Positions 39,777 to 45,825 of a stretch of DNA of 45,825 bases are shown piece by piece. The first letter of the stretch is position 1; each line of letters begins with the position of its first letter. The notes under the pieces are model-generated. The model did no database searches. It was not told where the DNA came from and saw only the letters and a program-made list of their open reading frames with translations. The DNA comes from Phormidesmis sp. (GTDB taxonomy: Bacteria; Cyanobacteriota; Cyanobacteriia; Leptolyngbyales; Leptolyngbyaceae). The DNA lies in assembly GCA_043772715.1 (NCBI GenBank), contig JAYVFW010000193.1, positions 1 to 45,825 on the forward strand. The letters run 5' to 3'. The position numbers and the translations under genes are program-made.

Positions 39777-39919
39777 TAGACCTCCTGCATAAATAAAACT
39801 CTCGACGTAACTACCCTGAGATCTCGCCCCCTAACCCCCAATTCTGGGGAAACCGGAGTTCAAAGTCCCCCAGAATTGGGGGATTTAGAGGGCGTTCCCA
39901 GATTTGTGCAGGAGGTCTA
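39777..39919. mobile_element. MITE-like element with 18-bp terminal inverted repeats and an internal palindrome
   Basis: TAGACCTCCTGCATAAAT (39777-39794) versus ATTTGTGCAGGAGGTCTA (39902-39919), 17/18; internal CCCCCAATTCTGGGG / CCCCAGAATTGGGGG arms. Confidence 0.8.
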
Positions 39920-39980
39920 ATGCTAGATCTAACTTTTGCCGATCCTCTAGCGAACACTCATATTAAAGCCTTAGCTAACA

Positions 39981-41231
39981 ATGAAAATTCAAGTATTTGA
40001 ACAGTTTGAGGGTGGTCATCACACAAATTATATTGAAGCGCTTCTGCCTGAGTTGGCTAACTTAGTCGATAAAAATATTGTTGACGAAGTTGTGGTTACC
40101 GTTACACATCGGCACTTCACTGTATTGCAACAGAATGATGGGGTTCAGCAATTTTCTGGTTTGATTCAGTTTGACCCATCCTTACCGGCGGTTAGTCCTA
40201 ATCCTTCCTTAAAAGATCGTAAGCAAATTACTACCCATCTGGTCAATGCTATTGCTCGCCATCGACCAGACTATTTAATCTCGACTTCAGCCGACTACGA
40301 GAGTCTATTTCTCGCGATTAGGTGTCGGTTAGGAATGCCATCGCTTCCTAGTCAGCTAGTTTCGCTGGGTATGTTTCACTATGGATATGCTGGAGTTGGT
40401 GAGACTCAATGGTCTGATCGCGTCAAACAGTTTATCTACAGTTTTGCTTGGAAAAATTCTACCTGGTCTCGATTGCTGATGGTCAATCCGATCGTCTACG
40501 AAGCATTGAGTCATGAAAAGCCTGCATTTCGGCAACGGATTGGACTCTTGCCTGACCCTGTTCCATCTTCAGTTTACTTTGATAAGAGCACAGCTCGGAA
40601 AATGCTCAATCTTCCTGCTGAAGGGCGATATGTTGGGTTTGTTGGCGTGATGGATCTGCGTAAGGCGATTCCTGAACTACTAGCTGCTTGGCAAGCTGCA
40701 CAATCTGATGCGAATGATTATCTACTCTTAGCAGGCAGGCTTGATCCAGGATATCGGCAGTTGATTGAAACTGAATTCTCGCATTTCTTGCAGCAAGGAC
40801 GGATCATTTTGCTCGATCAGCATTTGACTGCCGAGCAACTAATTGCAGGATATTCAGCCTTGGATGTGGTTGCGGTAGTGCAGTACCAGCGATCGAACTT
40901 ATCAGCAAATTTGCTCAAAGCGATCGCGGCGGGACGACCTGCGATCGTCGATCGTTACGGCTACACTGGTATGTTGGTTGAGCGCTTTCAAGCCGGATAT
41001 GCTTGCGATGTCACCAATCACGCCGATCTAACCGCAACGTTGAAAACGGCTTTAACGGAAAGCTCAAACTATACCCTCAGCCCTAATGCTGAACGACTGA
41101 TTCAGTTTCATCATCCAAGCAATTTTGCTCAGACGGTTCTTCAGGGTCTGGCGGGATTGCTTCCTGCCGACTACCCCAGTGAGATCAAAACCTGGGAGTG
41201 GGTTTGTGAGTCTGCTGAGAACAATCAGTAA
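39981..41231 (+). CDS. Glycosyltransferase (GT-B, GT4-like)
   Basis: GGHHTNY N-terminus, LPDPV, FVGVMDLRKAI, SANLLKAIAAGRP. Confidence 0.75.
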   Translation: MKIQVFEQFEGGHHTNYIEALLPELANLVDKNIVDEVVVTVTHRHFTVLQQNDGVQQFSGLIQFDPSLPAVSPNPSLKDRKQITTHLVNAIARHRPDYLISTSADYESLFLAIRCRLGMPSLPSQLVSLGMFHYGYAGVGETQWSDRVKQFIYSFAWKNSTWSRLLMVNPIVYEALSHEKPAFRQRIGLLPDPVPSSVYFDKSTARKMLNLPAEGRYVGFVGVMDLRKAIPELLAAWQAAQSDANDYLLLAGRLDPGYRQLIETEFSHFLQQGRIILLDQHLTAEQLIAGYSALDVVAVVQYQRSNLSANLLKAIAAGRPAIVDRYGYTGMLVERFQAGYACDVTNHADLTATLKTALTESSNYTLSPNAERLIQFHHPSNFAQTVLQGLAGLLPADYPSEIKTWEWVCESAENNQ

Positions 41232-41254
41232 CTCTGCTAAGGGTGCAAAACTCA

Positions 41255-41287
41255 AAGCCCCTGGTTTGATGTAAGAACCAGAGGCTT
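41255..41287. terminator. Hairpin between convergent genes (probable bidirectional terminator)
   Basis: AAGCCCCTGGTT / AACCAGAGGCTT, 11/12 paired. Confidence 0.55.
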
Positions 41288-41326
41288 GATGACTAAAGGC
41301 TTGATTGAGCGTGATTTACGCAAGGG

Positions 41327-42700
41327 TCACGATCGTTGCTCGGGCAGATACCGCTCTGCAACAAATAAGGGCACTCCTGAATCCTGACGAATTCTCAAAT
41401 TTTCTGCCATCAATCCAGAAAGCCCACCCGTTGCCAGTATGCAGACGATCGTCGGAGATGTGTTCAATAAGTGATCCATGGCCGCTAAGACTAAAATAGT
41501 AGTTATCGCTGCAACCGGGGCTATCTTAGGATGATGCCAAACCCGACCGGGATAATAGATTAAGAATAGGATCACTGGCAATAAAAGGGAGGCTGCCCAA
41601 GAGATTAGTCCGACTAGCCCCTTCGTTCCAAAGACCGCGATCCAGGTGCTATCGGTGATGGTGTAATCAACCCCATCCCATAAACTGGGAACACGCGAGC
41701 GCCCCCAGCCTCCCCACCCTAAAATAAGTTGCTGTCGTGCCTTGCCGCCCAGGATCTCTTCATTACTAAAGCGCACATCTAAAGACTGCCCCCGATCAAG
41801 GGCAACATTTACAGAAACCCAATCACTAATCACCTTCCCCTGAAATTGCCCCGTCACGTTCAGGTACAAGTGGGCACTAACGGTGAAGACTAGAAGGAGG
41901 ACAATTAGATTCCGCGCCCACCCCTGCACTAAGAAGATTAAGCTGGCAATGAATAAATAAATCCAAGCCCCCGTCGATCTAGTGGCTATGACCGTAAACA
42001 ACAGTGTAATCATCACGGGCTTCATCGCCATATTCCAGACTCGTGTGATCACCCGACTTCGCCACAACCACAAGCCAATTACAGCAGATGACATCATCCA
42101 GAACGAGACAACTAGACCATGATTCATAAAGACGACCGGTCGATATCCCCCATAACGAATGGATTGATTAACATCAAAAAAGCTCAAGACCCCGTAAACC
42201 CTCAAGTGGATTTTGGGACCGATAAAATTTTCTATCAAACATAGAGGAATGTAAAATAGGCTACCGATGAAAATATAGGTCGCTAACAGTTTCAACCCTG
42301 CCAAGTCATTGAAAAATATCCGCCCAAAAAAATAAGGAACCCCAGTGAGTGCAACAGATGCCAGCGTGACATTCATTCCATCGTAAGCTCCTAACCCGTT
42401 CTCCACTGAGGTAACAAACGGACTCAAGCAAACCACCACCATGGGAATGTCAACCCAACTGGGACGAAATGAGAGAAACCGTTTTGGGTCAAAAATTAAG
42501 GTTCCTAACACAACCCCATAGCAGGTGGCTGAATATTTTCCCAATGCCGGAAGTGTGGGGATGGCAAAACTCCAAACCGGCAGAAACAGAGTCGCAAAAA
42601 CAAAGACGAATGCAACCACTCGTCGATGGGGCAGCCACTTAAACAAATAGATAATGACTGGAATCCAGCCGAACAAGGCAACATGAATGAAATAAAACAT
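41327..42700 (-). CDS. O-antigen ligase / Wzy-like polysaccharide polymerase
   Basis: Highly hydrophobic multi-TM protein; RYGGYRPVVFMNHGL, TRSTGA, LGWGGWGR, TDSTWI. Confidence 0.8.
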   Translation of the reverse strand: MFYFIHVALFGWIPVIIYLFKWLPHRRVVAFVFVFATLFLPVWSFAIPTLPALGKYSATCYGVVLGTLIFDPKRFLSFRPSWVDIPMVVVCLSPFVTSVENGLGAYDGMNVTLASVALTGVPYFFGRIFFNDLAGLKLLATYIFIGSLFYIPLCLIENFIGPKIHLRVYGVLSFFDVNQSIRYGGYRPVVFMNHGLVVSFWMMSSAVIGLWLWRSRVITRVWNMAMKPVMITLLFTVIATRSTGAWIYLFIASLIFLVQGWARNLIVLLLVFTVSAHLYLNVTGQFQGKVISDWVSVNVALDRGQSLDVRFSNEEILGGKARQQLILGWGGWGRSRVPSLWDGVDYTITDSTWIAVFGTKGLVGLISWAASLLLPVILFLIYYPGRVWHHPKIAPVAAITTILVLAAMDHLLNTSPTIVCILATGGLSGLMAENLRIRQDSGVPLFVAERYLPEQRS

Positions 42701-42753
42701 TAGCTTTTAGGCGAAGAACATTCAACTGTCCTGTTGAGTGAGTCTAGCAGCTA

Positions 42754-43602
42754 TTACTTGCTTCTCAGGTGACTACCCGCTTCCCACAAAATGGGAGGGA
42801 CGAGCTTTTTGGCGATCGCTTTAATGTCCATCGTTTTAGTGGATACTGGCTCTAACTGTTCATTAGGGCGAGTCTTAAAGAGGGTGGAGTGCCCCCCTGA
42901 GACTTCCTTGGCGGGTCGCCCATTGCTGTAGTAGTAGAGAGCTAAAGACTTGCGGGTTTGACCCTCGGGACAGGTTAAAGGGTTGGGATGCCCGTGATAA
43001 GAGAAATCGGTTGTACTAAAGATAACGCAGCGGTTAAAAATGGGCAGAATCTTCTTTTCACACTGAGTCATATCTTGATCCCAGAGTTCTAAATTCCCCC
43101 CATATTCTTCTTGCCAATCTTGATTGAGATAGATGAGGAGATTTAAGCGGCGATCGAGTTTCAAGGTCTTATGTTTATTAAAATCCACGTGCATTTTTAA
43201 GAACCCACCGCGTTCGATTTGGTGGAGTCCGCCGCCAACAAAGTGCGGATCGGGGATTAAACCATCAATTCCTGTGAGTGTTTCGAGAAACTTAATAAAG
43301 GTGGAAGAATTTAATTGATACAGCAGGATGCGGATCGTCTCACCCATCTGGAGTTCATCTCTAGAAGCGTTCTTTTTCTCGACACTACTATTGAATCTTT
43401 GCCAATCAATCGAATCCACCTGGGGAAACTCACTCAGAGCTGTATTTAGTAAAGCTTCTGGCAAAAAATCGTCAATTACAATATGTGGAAATGGTTGAGC
43501 TTGAGCATAAGCTTCCCGTGAGGTCGTGGCAATCTGCTGTAGATGGTTGGGATCGAGGCAGAAGATAGAACTTAAATTCATGCGGGCTTCTGTGATGCTC
43601 AT
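42754..43602 (-). CDS. 2OG-Fe(II) oxygenase (prolyl-hydroxylase-like)
   Basis: PFPHIVIDDFL, HxD (HVD), distal H (SYHGH), RKSLALYYY. Confidence 0.88.
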   Translation of the reverse strand: MSITEARMNLSSIFCLDPNHLQQIATTSREAYAQAQPFPHIVIDDFLPEALLNTALSEFPQVDSIDWQRFNSSVEKKNASRDELQMGETIRILLYQLNSSTFIKFLETLTGIDGLIPDPHFVGGGLHQIERGGFLKMHVDFNKHKTLKLDRRLNLLIYLNQDWQEEYGGNLELWDQDMTQCEKKILPIFNRCVIFSTTDFSYHGHPNPLTCPEGQTRKSLALYYYSNGRPAKEVSGGHSTLFKTRPNEQLEPVSTKTMDIKAIAKKLVPPILWEAGSHLRSK

Positions 43603-43672
43603 GACAGGTTAATAGTGTTAAGAGATTAAAGATGGTCTTAGTTGATTCACTTTGCAATCATAGACTTTGTGC

Positions 43673-44959
43673 TCAACCACGCCGCATGCTAAAGAGAAGA
43701 CACAACGTCGTCTGACCCAGGGTTCTGGCTGGCATTGTCACCCACAGATTACTCTGATTGATGCTGAAGATCACAATTCCTGAGAAAGCGACAACTCCAA
43801 CTAGGCTCCAATAAGCGAGTCGTTGATTGCGAATGCCTTGACTATACCCCCCCCATTGATTCACTAATTTAGCGATCGAGAAACTCAATCCCAAAATAAC
43901 AATAGCAGCACCATAAAAACTGAGTTCACTTAGCTTTTGTGAATTCATCTGATCTACTACATAGATGAAGAAATAATGAATTGGAACAACTGCGAATGAA
44001 GCAACACCCGGAAGCGATAAATGCTGCTCAATGAACTTAAATGAACGCAGTTGGCAAATTAAAATAGATGCCACTAGCGCGATCACAATTGCCGCAAAAC
44101 TGACAATATAATAACTTAATGAGACAGTGCCCCACCGAAAGAAGGCGGAGCCTTTGGAGACTAACAGGATTCCACCAGCAAGCGGTAGCAGCGCAAAGAG
44201 TGATAGGGCAAGACTGAGTTGTAACCAGCGTTGTTTGATCCACTTGGGATAATGTCCTGCTGCCCAACCTACGATATACCCCAACAATGGGTAAACAATC
44301 CACGGGGAAAAGGCATAGGATACTTCCGGTGGGCTAGAAGTGCCAACCAGCCAACCCAAAAATTCGCCACCATAGCCCAGAGGTTCGCTGAGTTTGAGAT
44401 GGGGGGCGACGCTATAGCGCAGAATTGAGATGAACACGACTCCTGATAGTGAGTAGAAAATGGCGAAGCGGGAGCTTCTAATAAACTCAAGCATGATGCA
44501 GGAGATGCCGATAAATCCGAAAAAGTCTAGTCCTACCCACTGACCTTTGCTCCAATGAATCAATAGATCGGCCAGAATTAAAATTGCTACTTTGTTGAGC
44601 AAAATAGCCCAATGGTTGTCTTTTTGCGGTTTCTTAGATTGAATTCCATAGCCCACACCTGTCACGAAGAAGAACAAAACTGGGGCAAAACTACCGATGA
44701 AGACTAAGTGGCTTGTTAAGCCATTACTCAGTTGTTCAGGATTTAAGGTTTTGTAACCTAGATGATTGATGATCATTAAGGCTGCGGCAGTTCCTCGCAA
44801 AATGTCTAATTCTGACCAGTGCAAACTGGCGGGTCGAGATCCCTCGATCGCAACTCCGTGATTTTGTACCCTCCTCGGTATCAATCGATCAACCTGAAAG
44901 ATCTGAAATAGCTTGTGCATTCTGTTCATACTAAGGATGTGTTCACGCCATTTGCACAA
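43673..44959 (-). CDS. Membrane acyltransferase-like protein (DUF1624/HGSNAT-like)
   Basis: LDILRGTAAALMIINH, APVLFFFVTG, multi-TM; true start probably somewhat downstream. Confidence 0.7.
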   Translation of the reverse strand: MCKWREHILSMNRMHKLFQIFQVDRLIPRRVQNHGVAIEGSRPASLHWSELDILRGTAAALMIINHLGYKTLNPEQLSNGLTSHLVFIGSFAPVLFFFVTGVGYGIQSKKPQKDNHWAILLNKVAILILADLLIHWSKGQWVGLDFFGFIGISCIMLEFIRSSRFAIFYSLSGVVFISILRYSVAPHLKLSEPLGYGGEFLGWLVGTSSPPEVSYAFSPWIVYPLLGYIVGWAAGHYPKWIKQRWLQLSLALSLFALLPLAGGILLVSKGSAFFRWGTVSLSYYIVSFAAIVIALVASILICQLRSFKFIEQHLSLPGVASFAVVPIHYFFIYVVDQMNSQKLSELSFYGAAIVILGLSFSIAKLVNQWGGYSQGIRNQRLAYWSLVGVVAFSGIVIFSINQSNLWVTMPARTLGQTTLCLLFSMRRG

Positions 44960-44967
44960 TAGGATGT

Positions 44968-45731
44968 TTATGCCTTGTATAGATAAAATCCAGCCGCATC
45001 TCCCTGACCCGTTTGATTAAGTTCAATGGACCGAGCGATGAAATTTTGAATTTCTTGTTCGGAAAAGATCGAGGCTTGAGGATTAACTGCATAGGAATTA
45101 GGAGCGGTGACAGCAATATCTTTTAAGATTTGTTCACTAGCCCAAAACTGATAGGCATGGGAGTCGAAAGCAATATCTTTGACTGCGAAACCAGCCTGTT
45201 CTGCTAATAGCTGAGTACTCTTAATAGTATGAATATAAAAATGCCGAGGAGCATCGAGAGCAACCTAGTTTACACCATATTTTTGCCAAACAAAACACCC
45301 TGCTACGGGCATTCTGAGCAAAACATAAGAGTTTGGCTTGAGCAATCGATAGAGTTCCTTCAGCATCTTCAAGGGTTCAGACATATGCTCAAAAGAATGG
45401 TTGAGCATAATAAAGTCGAACTGTTCATCCATTTCTTCGATGGTTTTCTTAAATATTGTGACTCCATTGTCGTAAAAAATATCCTGTTCGATGAAAGGAT
45501 CAACTCCCGTGAGGTGTGTAAATCCTTCTAAACGCATATCCAGAAGCAGCTTGCCAGAACCGCAGCCGACATCTAAAATTGCTGCGTCAGATGATAGTTG
45601 AATTCTTCTAAACCAGTTATTGTAGTAGTACTCAGGAATTTTCGTGCCAAATATTTTTCTCAGCACTTTTGAGAGTAGCATCCCCACTCGCTGATTGCCT
45701 TGTAGCAGGTATTTCATCCTTTGTGTTCTTA
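44968..45731 (-). pseudogene. Class I SAM methyltransferase, IS-truncated and carrying an internal stop
   Basis: ILDVGCGSG, NHSFEH; the frame continues past TAG 45265-45267 (YGVN*VALDAPRHF) to TAA at 44968; 5' end replaced by IS sequence from 45732. Confidence 0.85.
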
Positions 45732-45825
45732 CAATACTCCGGACAAAATTTGAGCAGGTTTTAAGCCTCAAACCCTGATTCAACCGTGGACGGGATCTTA
45801 TTATCAAAGTCAGAGGCAAAGCTAA
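45732..45825 (+). mobile_element. Left end of an IS element of the same family as 1-96
   Basis: Begins CAATACTCCGGACAAA. The inner sequence differs from the reverse complement of 1-80, so it is the opposite end. Confidence 0.8.

Noticed and set aside
566-42820. Frequent GCGATCGC octamers as a special repeat system
   Set aside because: This is HIP1, ubiquitous in cyanobacteria; useful only as a host marker.
45265-45267. Amber readthrough or pyrrolysine recoding
   Set aside because: No pyl machinery is present and the gene is also IS-truncated; a nonsense mutation is simpler.

Overview
Cyanobacterial DNA, judged by abundant HIP1 GCGATCGC and cyanobacteria-type HepA, CopM and TnpB sequences; probably a plasmid or plasmid-derived island. 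It is bracketed by the two ends of one IS family in direct orientation: a right end at 81-96 and a left end at 45732. From left to right it contains: (i) a 5'-truncated cellulose-synthase-like gene (PilZ part only); (ii) a replicon module with parB-parA, three copies of an 18-bp palindrome (candidate parS), a 564-aa HTH protein, a candidate origin with 21-bp repeats and a 1071-aa primase-helicase, interrupted by a methyltransferase and a CopM-like gene under a MerR-type promoter; (iii) a 16-kb hybrid assembly line [half-C]-A(Val)-T-KS-AT-ACP-aminotransferase / methyltransferase / C-A(Gly)-T / C*-A*-T-TE, whose last module has a His-to-Cys C domain and a dead A domain, followed by a HepA-like ABC exporter; (iv) a Wzy-type exopolysaccharide cluster (wza, wzc, wzy-like, three GT4-like enzymes, a GT-C enzyme, epimerase, acetyl/acyl transferases, a 2OG-Fe(II) oxygenase and a broken methyltransferase) carrying a tnpB remnant and a MITE. 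The best candidate for an undescribed system is the NRPS/PKS-aminotransferase line joined to polysaccharide genes, which may make a vicinal-diamino acyl-glycine unit that decorates or anchors a sheath polysaccharide. All family calls come from motif reading and recall, not database searches.
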